In this document: one piece after another, positions 1 to 11,822 of the stretch
Position numbering within the stretch: position 1 is the stretch's first letter
Layout: each line of letters begins with the position of its first letter
Source: Felis catus
Taxonomy: Eukaryota
Length of the DNA stretch: 64,000 nt
Assembly: GCF_018350175.1 (NCBI RefSeq)
Contig: NC_058368.1
Location: forward strand, 225,744,001 to 225,808,000
Direction: 5' to 3'
Position numbers and translations under genes: made by a program
Notes under the pieces: generated by a model
What the model saw: only the letters and a program-made list of their open reading frames with translations
Told to the model about the DNA's origin: nothing
The model's database searches: none

Positions 1-1207
1 GCCTACTACGCCGTAACTGTCCCCTTGGTACTTCCAGACCATTTCTCTCATTTCCGCGATGTAATCCTCAGGATCTTTAGAGCAATGCTATTAGACCATA
101 CCATCTACACTCCCTCCTCATCCAAGTATCTGGCTCACTGACTTTCTCTGCAGCATGATTCTGCAGACTTCTTTCACATGAACAATCCACCCGGTGCCCT
201 GACTTCTTGATCCTTCGGCCTCATGACCTCCTCCCCCTCTAAATTCTAGCTTCCACTGACTCCTTTCCACTGCTTTTTAGCATACTCCCTGCTAGGTACA
301 CTTCTTTAACCCTGTTACCTCATCAGGACCTCCCAGCCATGAAGCCACCATTTTCTTCAACGCTTTCACTTCCCTCCTGCCCCAGATTAGAATCTCTGGT
401 CCATCACTATAATCATTCAATTGTGTTCACCCTCAACTCCTTTCTTATCCCTTCCTCTTCTCCACTTAGCCTAAAAAAAAAAAAAACCCATCCACGGTAA
501 ACCCGATTCTCTAAGTCTGTCTGTGAGCGGCTGAATGTTGCTGGAGAAACACCCAAGCACACTCTCACCTTGAGCTTATGACCATGATTCTCAGAGGCTG
601 CCCATCACCTCCACCCTCCCACCCTTCCCTAGTGAAGGGACTCCCATGGTTTCCTGGGTCCCAAGGCCACTATCTCAAAATCCCTCTCTTTTTAAACTTC
701 ATGTCACTATTCCTCCCATCCCCCAACTTCTTACTTAATTATGCAAACCGAAGCAGAAAACACTGTACCTTCTACCACATCTTCCAATTTATCCCATGGA
801 TTCCTGGGGCTTTTGTGCCATTTAGATGTTGACTTTCTCTTCCCTGAGCTCACAGTTTTTATATCCAGTTTCCTGTTTGTCTGCACTTGGACCCATATTA
901 GGCATACGAAGTATAGTATGTCCAAGAAAGAATTCCTCTCCCAAGAGAGAATTTCCTCTCCCCCATCTTCCCTATGTCTACAGGTGTTAGATGTCATTTG
1001 TAATTCCTCTCTGTCCCTAACATCTTACTTTGGATGCATCAGCAATTCCTGTTGGCTGTGTGTCCCAGATGAGTTCCAAATCCAATCATTTCTCACCATA
1101 TCCACTGCTACCAATCTCTCTGACTAGTCCGGGAATCGCTAACTGATCTTGCTTCCTGCTTGTCTCCTCATCAATGACCAGGACAATCTTTTCAAGCTGG
1201 AAATTGA

Positions 1208-1333
1208 GGGGCTCTTGGGTGGCTCAGTCGGTCAAGTGCCCCACTCTTGATTTTAGCTCAGGTCATGATCTCACACAGTTCCTGAGATCGGGCCCCACCT
1301 TGGGCTTAGTGCTGAGTGTGGAGCCTCCTTGGG

Positions 1334-1377
<44 letters not shown>

Positions 1378-1447
1378 GTTCTCTCACTGTCTGTCCCTCA
1401 CCTGCTCACATGTTGTCATATACTCTTTCTCAAAATAAATAAACTTT
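1208..1447 (+). mobile_element. CanSINE (tRNA-derived SINEC)
   Basis: GGGGCTCTTGGGTGGCTCAGTCGG head, (CT)n tract, AATAAA/A-rich tail. Confidence 0.9.
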
Positions 1448-1669
1448 TTAAAAAAATTTTTAACATTTTTACTTATTTTTGAGATACAGAGAGAGACAGA
1501 GCACGAGTGGGGGAAGAACAGAGAGAGAGGGAGACACAGAATCTGAAGCAGGCTCCAGGCTCTGAGCTGTCAGCACAGGGCCCAACGTGGGGCTCGAACC
1601 CATGAACCGTGAGATAATGACCTGAGCCGAAGTCAGACGCCTAATCGACTGAGCCACCCAGGGTGCCCC
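1448..1669 (-). mobile_element. CanSINE (SINEC_Fc type) inserted in the tail of the previous SINE
   Basis: Full antisense SINE; TSD TCAAAATAAATAAACTTT at 1430-1447 and 1670-1687. Confidence 0.9.
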
Positions 1670-1701
1670 TCAAAATAAATAAACTTTAAAAAGAAAGATG
1701 A

Positions 1702-1906
1702 GGGGTGGCTGGGTGGCTTAGTCGGTTAAGCATCTGACTTCAGCTCAGGTCATGATCTCGCAGTTTGTGGGTTCAAGGCCCATGTCGGGCCCTGTGCTGA
1801 CAGCTCGGAGGCTGGAGCCTGCTTCGGATTCTGTATCTCCCTCTCTCTCTGCCCCCTCCCCTGCTCACACTCTCTCTCAAAAATAAACATAAAACACTGT
1901 TAAAAA
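1702..1906 (+). mobile_element. CanSINE (SINEC_Fc type)
   Basis: GGGGTGGCTGGGTGGCTTAGTCGG head, GGAGGCTGGAGCCTGCTTCGGATTCTG body, A tail. Confidence 0.9.
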
Positions 1907-2219
1907 GAGATGAAAATTGAACGAAGTCATGTTTTGCACAACACCCTTCATTAATTTTCTACCGTCTTTTAGAACAAACTCTAAACTGTGCATGGTCTGC
2001 TGTGCCCTTCGTGAGGCCCCACTGCCTTCCTCTCCTCACTCACTCATCTTCCCTCCCTCTGCCACCCCTCGTCCCTGGTCACACTGCTCTTCTCATTTTA
2101 GCTTCTTGTTCCTGGAGCACAAACTCGTTCTCACTTCACGATCCTCACTCGCTCTTGCCTCTAGACACCATGTGACTGGCTGTCTTCCCTCATGTAAGTC
2201 TGCTCAAAAGTCACTTCTC

Positions 2220-2436
2220 GGGGCGCCTGGGTGGCGCAGTCGGTTAAGCGTCCGACTTCAGCCAGGTCACGATCTCGCAGTCCGTGAGTTCGAGCCCCGC
2301 GTCAGGCTCTGGGCTGATGGCTTGGAGCCTGGAGCCTGTTTCCGATTCTGTGTCTCCCTCTCTCTCTGCCCCTCCCCCGTTCATGCTCTGTCTCTGTCCC
2401 AAAAATAAATAAACGTTGAAAAAAAAATTAAAAAAA
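2220..2436 (+). mobile_element. Young cat SINE (SINEC_Fc)
   Basis: GGGGCGCCTGGGTGGCGCAGTCGGTTAAGCGTCCGACTTCAGCCAGGTCACG head with CpGs retained, long A tail; TSD AAAAGT(C/T)ACTTCTC at 2206-2219 and 2437-2450. Confidence 0.93.
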
Positions 2437-2569
2437 AAAAGTTACTTCTCTCACCCGCCCCCCCCACCCCGTCTCTTCCAAAGCACTTCCCCTTTTCACT
2501 CCGCCCTGTTTTTCTGCACAGCACTTAACCTGTGTTACGTCATGTTCATGGTCCCCGTGCTCTTGTGCT

Positions 2570-2946
2570 GTCGCCTCTCACACGGACTCGGGGCTTAGCC
2601 ATGTGACTTGCCTTGGCCAGAAGCTTGCGACGTGCTGGCACCTTGGGGGATGCCTTCACGGACCGCCAGCTGCCAGGTGAGGAAGCCTGAAGCCAGCCTG
2701 CTGGAGAGGCCACACGGGGGACGACTCAGACACATCTGCTGACAGCCCCAGCCTCCTGCCATCCAGCACATGCTAACTGGGCTGGATGCACACGTGAACC
2801 CCGCATCACCATGTGGATCTGAGCCACGCCCTTCCAGCTGATCTCTCCCCAACGCCAGTGCCCGGAATCGTGAGCAAATAAAAGTTGTTTCAGGCCGCCG
2901 GGTTTGGGGACGGTTTGTTATACAGCAGTATACAATACCAGAATAT
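2570..2946 (+). mobile_element. MLT1 (MaLR) LTR remnant
   Basis: GCCATGTGACTTGCCTTGGCCA, GGAGAGGCCACACGG and 3' end AAATAAAAGTTGTTT...GGTTTGTTATACAGCA resemble MLT1F/G/H LTRs. Confidence 0.7.
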
Positions 2947-3199
2947 ATGATACATCACAGCCTAGGATTTATGTCCATATGCATATTTGCTCACGGTCTG
3001 CCAAGTCTTCTAACATTTACGCTCTAGGAGGAGAGGAACATTACGTTGAGTACACCGTGGTCTGCCGTCTGGCTCACAGAGGCACGGAGGAGGCATTTGT
3101 TGCTGAATGAATGAACGGTCTTTTGTGGAACAGCCTCACCTTGTCCCATGGCTTCCACTAAGATCTCTAAATTTGGCCCATTTGAGAGCTCTGTCTAAC

Positions 3200-3317
3200 G
3201 GGGCACCTGGCTGGCTCAGTCCGTACAGCACGTGACTCTTAATCTCAGGATTGTAAATTCAAGCCCCACATTGGGTATAGAGATTACCCAAAAATAAAAT
3301 CTATTTTAAAAAAAAAA
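3200..3317 (+). mobile_element. Short, old CanSINE lacking the CT tract
   Basis: GGGGCACCTGGCTGGCTCAG...TTCAAGCCCCACATTGGGTATAGAGATTAC followed by A tail. Confidence 0.85.
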
Positions 3318-3462
3318 GGGAAGATCTGTCTCCTATATTCTAATTGACCACTAGACATGACCAGTTGAAATTTAACACCTTCTAAATTGATGGGTTTTTT
3401 TTTTCTAAGTTTGTTCTCAACTTTTCTCCTCTACGTCATATTTTAGCAGTGGCACAATGAGG

Positions 3463-4053
3463 TGTGACAACACTTAATTTTATGTGTCAACTTGGCTAGG
3501 TGATGGTGCCCATTTTTTTTTCCTTTTGGTCAAACACCAGATGTCACTGTGAAGTTATTTTTTAGATGTGATTAACATTTATTTTGTTTTTTAACGTTTA
3601 TTTATTTTAAGAGAGAGCAAGCAGGGGAGGGGCAGAGAGAGAGGGAGAGAATCCCAAGCAGGCTCCGTGCTGCCAGCGCAGAGCCTGATGTGGGGCTCGA
3701 ACTCACCAACTGGAGATCGGGACCTGAGATGAAATCCAGAGTTGGATGCTTAACCAACTGAGTCACCCAGGTGCCCCTAGATGTGATTAACATTTAACTC
3801 GGTAGACTGAGAAAAGCACAATACCCTCCATAGTATGGGTGGGCCTCATCCAATCAGTTGAAGGCTTTAACAGAAAAGACTGAAATCCTTTGAGTAGGAA
3901 GGAATTCTGTCTCCAGGTTGCCTTCAGAATCAAGACTACAACATTAACTCCTGCCTGAATCTCCAGTCTCCAAGTCTACCCGGCAGGTTTCAGACTTGCC
4001 TGTGCACACAACTGCAGGTGCTAATTCCTTAAATCCCTCCTCCCCAGCTCTAC

Positions 4054-4099
<46 letters not shown>

Positions 4100-4153
4100 C
4101 TCTCTCTCTCTCTCTCTCTCCATTGGTTCTGTTTCTCTGGAGAACCCCAACAC
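3463..4153 (+). mobile_element. MLT2 (ERVL) LTR, interrupted by a SINE
   Basis: TTAATTTTATGTGTCAACTTGGCTAGG start, GGGTGGGCCTCATCCAATCAGTTGAAGG middle, (CA)n(CT)n then ATTGGTTCTGTTTCTCTGGAGAACCC end. Strand follows the recalled consensus orientation. Confidence 0.85.
3582..3777 (-). mobile_element. CanSINE nested in MLT2
   Basis: 19-bp TSD TAGATGTGATTAACATTTA at 3563-3581 and 3778-3796. Confidence 0.92.
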
Positions 4154-4159
4154 AGGGTT

Positions 4160-4860
4160 ATCTTTGACAATCCCCTCTCCCTCTTTTTCCAACATCCATT
4201 CAGTCACCAAAGCCCTACTGGTGCCGTATACAGCATGCCTCCTGCCGCTACCCTTCCTCTGCCTCCCTGTCCCCTGCCTTGCTTTCGACTCTCAGCATCT
4301 CTCACCTGGACTATTTTAAAGTCTCCTAACCAGTCTCTCTGCTTTATCTCCTGCCAATCCACAAGCTACTCCACCACCAGGGTCACCTAAGAATCTGATC
4401 GTGACACTTACACCACCAAAGTCTCCCATGGTCTAACGAATACAGCTCAAACCCCTCAATGTAACGTGAAAGCTCTTTATCAACAAGTTCAAGTTCTATT
4501 CCCAGCTCCGTATCTCTGACTCCTCTCAAAAAGCCCCAAATTCTAGCTATATTTAGCACCTGTGGATCCCCAAACATGTCATTTCATACCTTCACGCTTT
4601 TACATATTTTATTCAATTTACTTGGAATGCCTACCAACTTGTTTTGAAAACATTCCAACCTACTCCTCAAGCCTTAACTCAGATGTACTCTTCGTTCGTA
4701 AGCTGTCCCTGGATGCTTGGTCATAGCGTTTAGACAATGATAAAGATCTTTTCGCTAGTCTTATTGTCTTGAAATTGATGTATGTGTCTGTGTTTCTCAA
4801 AGACAAGAGGCTCTTTGATGGCAGGGACTGTGTATAATAATAGATACTAATAGATCTTAA
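4160..4860 (+). mobile_element. Degraded L2 3' region (similar pieces at ~900-1200, ~1920-2200, ~3050-3118)
   Basis: L2-type motifs CATCTCTCACCTGGACTATT...AGTCTCCTAAC and CTTGGAATGCC; terminal TTTGTTGCTGAATGAATGAA near 3100-3116. Confidence 0.6.
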
Positions 4861-4886
4861 TAGTAACAATAGTAATTAGATCCCTA

Positions 4887-5117
4887 AAGGAAAAATAAGA
4901 TAAAAACAGAAAGGGGGACAAACCATAAGAGAATACAGAGGACAACTGCGGGTTTCTGGGGGCTTGGGGTGGGGGAATGGGCCAAATGGGTGATGGGTAT
5001 TAAGGAGGGCACTTGTTGGGATGAGTGCTGGGTGTTATATGTAGGTAATGAACCACTAAATTCTTCTTCTGAAATCAATACTACACTATATGTTAACTAC
5101 CTTGGACTAAATTAAAA

Positions 5118-5161
<44 letters not shown>
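4887..5161 (+). mobile_element. 5'-truncated carnivore L1 3' end with a (GATA)n tail
   Basis: GGGTGATGGGTATTAAGGAGGGCACTTGTTGGGATGAG L1 3'UTR; TSD AATTAGATCCCTA at 4874-4886 and 5162-5174. Confidence 0.88.
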
Positions 5162-5679
5162 AATTAGATCCCTAGTCCTGGTCTTCTGTTTAGCTCATAA
5201 CAGCCATTCAAAAACTGTCCACTGAGCCAATTTTTGTGCGTTAGATTTTAAGCCCTTTGAAGGCAGAAACCATATTGATGTTCATCTTTGTATCACTCAT
5301 GGTGCCTCTCATAGGATCTCGTACAAAGTATAAGGATTGGGTACATAGAACAATGTACACAGTACACAGATTAAGTACCTAGTACATAGGCTCTTGCTCA
5401 ATAGAAGAGTGAATTAAAGAAAAGCTTCAGTTCTCTGGAGAAGACAGAAACATCTCATTTCCTGTAGCTACAATGTGTCTGCCATCATTGGATTCCCTTG
5501 CTCAGGGTTGTCACAATGATATTAAGTCAAGCAAGAGTTTGTGCAAAGAAGAAACCACTGAAGGTCACAGTCTTGAGGAAGAGGAAAGAGAAGGGGACTG
5601 TCTGTTTAAAAAAAAAATGAAAACTATGAGAACTTTATTTCCTATTTTCTCACAGTCTTCTAGAAAACATTCTTTTTTC

Positions 5680-7010
5680 TTTTGACAGATTTCAAACCCA
5701 CAGGAAAGTTGAAAGAACAGTACAATGAACAGCCGGATACCCCTCACACAGATTCACCAACATCTCACCACACCCATTTCCCCCACCTCTCTGTTTCTCT
5801 ATCTATACTTCCCTAGTGCTGAAACGCTGTCACGGCATTTCACCCCCAAATACTGCATGTTGTACCACTCAGAAGGAGGACTTTCTCTTACGTCACCAGA
5901 ACACCATTATCACACCTAAGAAAAGCAATCTTAATTCAATAAAATCATCTAGCATAGAATCTGGACTCAAATCTTCCTTATTTTTCCTCCAAATGTCTTT
6001 GATGGCATTTTTTTGGACCCAGAATCCAATCAAGTCTCACACATTGATTTGGCTGTTAACATCTCTTCTCCTCAAACTGTTCCTCTGTCGATACCAAACA
6101 CCTGAAGACCCAGGTCAATTGACCTGTAGAACGTAGGACGTTGCTCTGTTAGGGTTTGGTTCAGGTCAAATGCTTCCAGCAAGGTTTGTTGTGTCCCTCC
6201 TGTAACATCAGGTCAGGGGACTCACAAGGTCACATTGTCCCACTTCTGGAGATGCTCAGCGTGATGAGGTGCAGATAAGGTGGAGGTATCTCCAATGCAA
6301 AGACACACTGTGTGATTAGTAAGTAACCTGCGAGATCATGTAAACATGTCTTCCTCGGGGCGCCTGGGTGGCTCAGTGGGTTGGGTGTCCGACTCTTGCT
6401 CAGGTCATGATCTCACTGCTCGTGAGTTCGGGCCCCATGTCAGGCTCTGTGCTGACAGCTCGGAGCCTGGAGCCTGCTTTGGATTCTGTCTTCATCTCTG
6501 TGCCCCTCCCCTGCTTGAGCTCTGTCTCTCTCTCAAACATAAAAAAACAAAACACTTAAAAAAATTTAAACACATCTTCCTTAGACTTTTTCCCAGGGGG
6601 TCATTGATGATCATTGCCTGAATCACTGATTACGTTGAGAGTTAACAAAATGGTGCTTTTCTAAATCTACAGTCTATACTTATTAACTTAGAATCTTTTC
6701 TAAAGCAGAGCCTCCCTCCTACCCCTTTTGAGTATCATTATGGAGCCACAAGATTTTTTTTTTAACTCAATATCATCGTTTACCAAGATGATTATTTTGA
6801 TCCTCAAAGTTTCCCAGATTTGGTAACTGGGTTCCCTTTCAAAGCTGGCTTCTGTGTCCCTGTGACATAGATTTTTAAATAATCTTTGAACATATCTTGC
6901 TTCCTGGCACACAAGATGTTCCTAACGTAGACCCAGTATCAGCCAATTCTCTAAGGAGCCACTGTTCTTTTCTGGAAGGAAATAGAAAGCAACACCTGGT
7001 CTCTAAGTGA
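5680..7010 (-). mobile_element. Old L1M (L1MC/ME-like) fragment interrupted by a SINE
   Basis: TTTCAAACCCACAGGAAAGTTGAAAGAACAGTACAATGAACA terminus and typical 3'UTR motifs; subfamily uncertain. Confidence 0.6.
6357..6565 (+). mobile_element. CanSINE (SINEC_Fc type)
   Basis: GGGGCGCCTGGGTGGCTCAG head; degenerate TSD TAAACATGTCTTCCT / TAAACACATCTTCCT. Confidence 0.9.
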
Positions 7011-7310
7011 GCTCACTGCCATGGGGTGCCATTGATTCTAGGCTCTTTCTATGGGCACGGCTAGAACATCACATCACGATCTTACGCTCCTGGATAGCTC
7101 CAGTTCAATTCTTCCCCCAATTCCACATTCTTTGGCTTTCACTGAAAACCCTCATGAGTTCCAAGAATGAGGAACACAGCCTGAGAAGATCTGGATTTGG
7201 AAGAGGAGGGGGCCACACTGGCAGCAGGTGAGGCAGCTTGAGCAGGCATGGAGGCCCTGACACTGGAGAACGAGGGATACGGGCACGAGAGCCTTTAAGA
7301 AGAAGGGCTC

Positions 7311-7482
7311 AAAGCATAAGAGACTCTTAAAAACTGAGAACAAACTGAGGGCTGATGGGGGGTGGGAGGGAGGGGAGGGCGGGTGATGGGCATGGAGGAG
7401 GGCACCTGTTGGGATGAGCACTGGGTGTTGTATGGAAACCAATGTGACAATAAATTTCATATACTTAAAAAAAAAAAAAAAA
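7311..7482 (+). mobile_element. Young 5'-truncated L1_Fc 3' end
   Basis: CATAAGAGACTCTTAAAAACTGAGAACAAACTGAGGG...GACAATAAATTTCATAT plus pure poly(A); TSD AAGAAGGGCTC at 7300-7310 and 7483-7493. Confidence 0.92.
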
Positions 7483-7523
7483 AAGAAGGGCTCTCAGCGA
7501 TTGTTGAAAGCCTGGAGGTAGAT

Positions 7524-7828
7524 GGGGAGTCCATATAATTTATCGATCAAATCAAGACACTTCTGAGAAAGAAAGCAAAGTGGTATTAATAACCATGCCA
7601 GAGGGGCTCCTGGGTGGCTCAGTTGGTTGAACATCTGACTCTTGATTTGGGCTCAGGTCATGATTGCAAGCCCCACATCAGGCTCTGCACTGACAGCACA
7701 GAGCCTGCTTGAGATTCTCTCCCTCTCTCAAATAAATAAAACTTGAAAAAAAAAATTAAAAATAACCATGCCAGACAGCACGCATCAACTAGCACTGTTT
7801 TGGGCTGGCTTAACACATGGTTACTCCA
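7524..7828. mobile_element. MER94-like hAT-Blackjack MITE split by a SINE
   Basis: CCATATAATTTATCGATCAAATCAAGACACTT...TATTAATAACCATGCCAGACAGCA...ACATGGTTACTCC resembles the recalled MER94 consensus. Confidence 0.55.
7603..7760 (+). mobile_element. CanSINE (internally shortened)
   Basis: TSD AATAACCATGCCAGA at 7588-7602 and 7761-7775. Confidence 0.9.
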
Positions 7829-10800
7829 GGTGGAGAGAATAAAGGAGAGACCAGAATAAAACTTACTCCAGCGTTTCCTGTCTTTGGGACTGTGGGTTAC
7901 TGTACTTGAAAAGGCAGTTGTAAATCCTGCTTCTCGGGCTGGGGGTGGTGGGCATGTCTGTGTGATGGCCCCTTGTCCTGCGGAACAGGCTTCATTTACA
8001 AGGTGTGTGGCCAGGGTCCTCTCTGGAACCCACTGGGGTGGACATTCTTGCAGAAGGAGCCTCTCCGCTGCAACTCTGTCCACCTCTCTTCCTGATAGGG
8101 CAAGAGCGAGAGCAACTTCATCCACAGGAGAATAAACTGTCTACAGGTATGCTGGATGCTAGCTGTTGGCAGAGTTTCTGTGAGAAATCCTGCTGCCCGA
8201 CACCAGGGGAAGTGGGGGGCTGCAGAAAGCCAGCCCTAGAAGCAGAGGCCACCCCTGGGTTCACATGTATCTTCTCCCTAGAGAAAGGAGAATGGCCTTC
8301 AGTCCCAGCCAGACTCTTGTCCAGGTAGCCCGGACTCTGCCTCCAGTTTTGGGGGTAGTTCTGGCTTAGGGCAGGGGGAAAGTGCAGGAGAATGCAAATG
8401 GGGTACAGAGAAACCATCCGGTTTCAATGAATTGGCTGCAAACATACTCAACTCTGAACTGTGTTAAATCCTAAAACTCCTTTGATGGTTCAGAAGACGC
8501 TTGAGTCTTGTAAAGCTTCGGGGTCCCCATGAACACGCCTGGCTGTAAACACCCAGCTGTGCCCAGTCGTACACGGCCTGAGGGATACAGGCGACACGCC
8601 TTGTGTGCGTGTTCTCAACACGCCCTGGGCCACTATCACAGCCTAAAGGGTCACCAGGTTTTGTGCCTAATTTCTAGTGAGCTAAAATTAGTAACAGGTA
8701 ACAAGCTGTTACATTTTGAAGGGATGTCCGTGGGCTATGACTCTCACAGCTATTTTCACTACTTTCCACGGATCTAATTCTGGCTTAGAGACTACCCCTG
8801 GAGGCTGGAGGCCTGATTTACAGACCTGGGTTTGAAGACGAACACACCACAGTTTTGCTTTGATAATGGAGGTCAAGCTGGAGTGTCTGGGACCCCAGGG
8901 GACTGGTGTTTTGAGTCTACGACGTTCTTGGTAAAAACAAACAAACAACAGAAAGAGATCCATCCACAAACTTCGGGAACTCTCCATTGCTCGCGGGACT
9001 AGGGACTTAGCTTGTAGAATGGTACTCAAAACTCTCCTCTATCTGATCTGCGTACCCAAAAGCCTCAATATATTTTCTATCCCATACGCAGTCCATCCGC
9101 TGTGGCCGGTGCCTCTGAACGCACTGAGATGAGTTTCCACCCCCTCTGCATGGGTCCACCCCTTGGCCAGGAGCCTACTGCCCTCGGAGCTACAGACCTC
9201 AGTATCCAGCACCCTCCTGACTCGGCCGAATGTGTTCCCGCCTTAGTGACAAGGAAGAAGTTTCTTCCAGAGGTTTTGCCAGGCTCTGTTTCATCCACTG
9301 TCCAGAGACACCTTTCTAAAACACAAACCAAGCCCTTCAACTGTCCTGCTGAAAGCCCCCCGATGACCCCAAAGCTCAAACTCCTTATCACTACATGGGA
9401 GGAGGCCCTTTTGAGCAACCACCGGCCCATCCCCCTTGGTCCTCTAGCTCAAGACTGCTCAGGGTTTCCTCCCGGGGCCAGGCTGGCCTCCCTTCTGCCT
9501 CCTGGATTAGTGTATCACCTGGCTACCTTCTGCAGGTTCCCTTGCCCGTGACCTAAGTGTCGGGATGGACATAAGCAGCCTCGTTTCTCTCACTAGAAGC
9601 CCACAACCAGCCTTTAATGAACGTTTCATGATCACTAAAAGAAGAAAGATGGGATGAATGATGCAGAATTGCAGTGAGATAGAACCAGGACCATAAGGGG
9701 GCAAAAAACCCACAGGAGGTTGTAGACCAGGGTGGTGGTTCACAACCTTGGGAGCTCCCCAGGTGAAATCCGAACACCCCACCTCTGTACACACCCACGG
9801 AGGGCAGGGAGAGACTGGAGGAGGAGGCAGACCACTGCAGAGGGCTGGGTGGCGGGTTAAGCAGGCAGGGGCCTTACAGACCGGGCTTGTCTTGGGCAAG
9901 ATCTCCACACCCACTGGCCAGAATCTTAAGTCTGTAAACAGGCCTTAACTGGGTTCAGTCACATATACTGTCCAGATAAGCAACAACACCTGACTCCCTC
10001 AAGACTGTACCCTTGAAATGGCTTGCGCTGTGGGGACGATGTATAAAACATACATCCCAAGGACAGGGGAGGGGGTGGGGAGCCTGTAGTTGCCCAGGTC
10101 CAGTCTGTGGGTCAACTGACAGTCACGGCCCCTCGATGGTGTCTCCGGCATAGGGCCAGGGCAGTGGCTCGTCTGCTGATGTGGGTGTGACTGCTAGCCC
10201 AGTGGGAAGGGCTTGGAAGCTAATGTCTTGGAGTGATTCTTGTTGCCCGTGCCCGTGCACCTGCCATAGACAGATTGTACCTTTTTGGGACACACAGTAG
10301 TGTGACCTCAGTTCTCTTTAACCATTCCGAAGTCTTGAAAACCTTTTGTGTAGCACCAGGGAGCGATACCTAAACTGGGTGCCCCAGCTGGTATACAGAC
10401 GGCCACCATCTTGATGTAAGGTTGTTTATCTCCGGTAAGCACGTCCCTGACAGACACTTGTCAAGTGTAGACTATTCTAGTTTGGATATTCCAATTCTTA
10501 TAAGCACAACAGTCAACCCCAAAGCAGAAATAACCAATTCTTTCTATCAGCTGTGCCTTGGAAACCGGGTACAGTTTTCCTTTCCATTTCCTACGTGTTT
10601 GCATTTTGGAATATGGTTCCTGTTTATCTGGGCTTACTTCTCCTGGCTCAGTGACAAGGAAATTAGGGAAAATTAGGAATAAGGACTAGATATGGTGAGA
10701 ATAGGAAGGCAAAATTGCTTCAATAATATTATCAACACAAAAGCATCTCTTTGCTGGACGAATAAACAATACAACATGTATGCACGGCTCCTTGTATGTG

Positions 10801-11610
10801 ACTGGTCACGGGCTCAATGTAGGATTCTACCAGAAAACATTTTAAGGAAAAAAAAAAAGCAATACTGGGGCACTGCTAGCTCATTCTTAGGCTTAGCTTG
10901 ATGCTACGTCGATCCTGAAGTGAGAATTAATTATTCCTTATTTTTCTCTCCTATTACAAGCTTTCCAGCTACTTTTGGAAGACAAAAGTGAGCAGACTCT
11001 TTTAAGAGTTCCTATGTGTATTTTGGCTTTCTTTGCTGGGGTTGTGTTATTTTCTAAAAGTGATTTTCTAATCTCTTAGATTCGGTGGCCTCAACTATTT
11101 TCTCTTTCTACGCCCCGCCCCACCATCCCTCCATACATTCCCAATTTACTCATTTTCCTCGGATACATATTTTCAAAATGTCTTGCTCATTGGTGTTCAT
11201 CGTTCTGTTCCCAATATACAGAGATGCAAAATTCATAAGAGAATCCTGAACAGTGAGGTTACCCAAATGAGTTTTAAACATGACAGGTTCTTGAAACTAG
11301 GGGACAAGGTTTGGTGTAATCATAAGTATTATTTTTATGCAATCTTAGTAATGAATAAATTGCTGAAACATCACAAAGACAATTAGACAAAGAAAAACAC
11401 CGAGTAGCACCTATTTATGTGTCTATGTGTCTCCTCCTGTGACACTGTCAGCAATTATTAGAGGTCAGAGGTGAAAAAGGCAGATTAGGGCAATCAAGCC
11501 AGGTTTTTTCGCATTTGTGCAGCATTTTTGTGTAGCAATCTTAAGAGAGAGAAAAAAAGATTTCATATAGCCTGCGGTAGGCATAATAAGATATAAGAGA
11601 TACTCTCTCT

Positions 11611-11822
11611 TATTTTATTTTTTTAATTTTGAGAGGGACAGAGAGAACGTGAGCAGGGGAGGGGCAGAGGGAGAGAGAGAGAGAGGGACAGAGGGAGAAT
11701 CGGAAGCAGGCTTAGCACTGTCAGCAAGGAGCCCGACACGGAGCTGGAACTCATGAACCCAGGGATCGTGACCTGAGCCGAGATCAGACACTTAATCACT
11801 GACTGAGACACGCAAGCATCCC
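11611..11822 (-). mobile_element. CanSINE
   Basis: T-rich tail, (GA)n, GTGACCTGAGCCGAGATCAGACACTTAA body. Confidence 0.88.

Noticed and set aside
3228..3237. CACGTGAC CLEAR-like motifs here and at ~48116-48123, and TGACGTGG at ~49773
   Set aside because: All fall inside CanSINE bodies, so they reflect repeat sequence rather than locus-specific selection.
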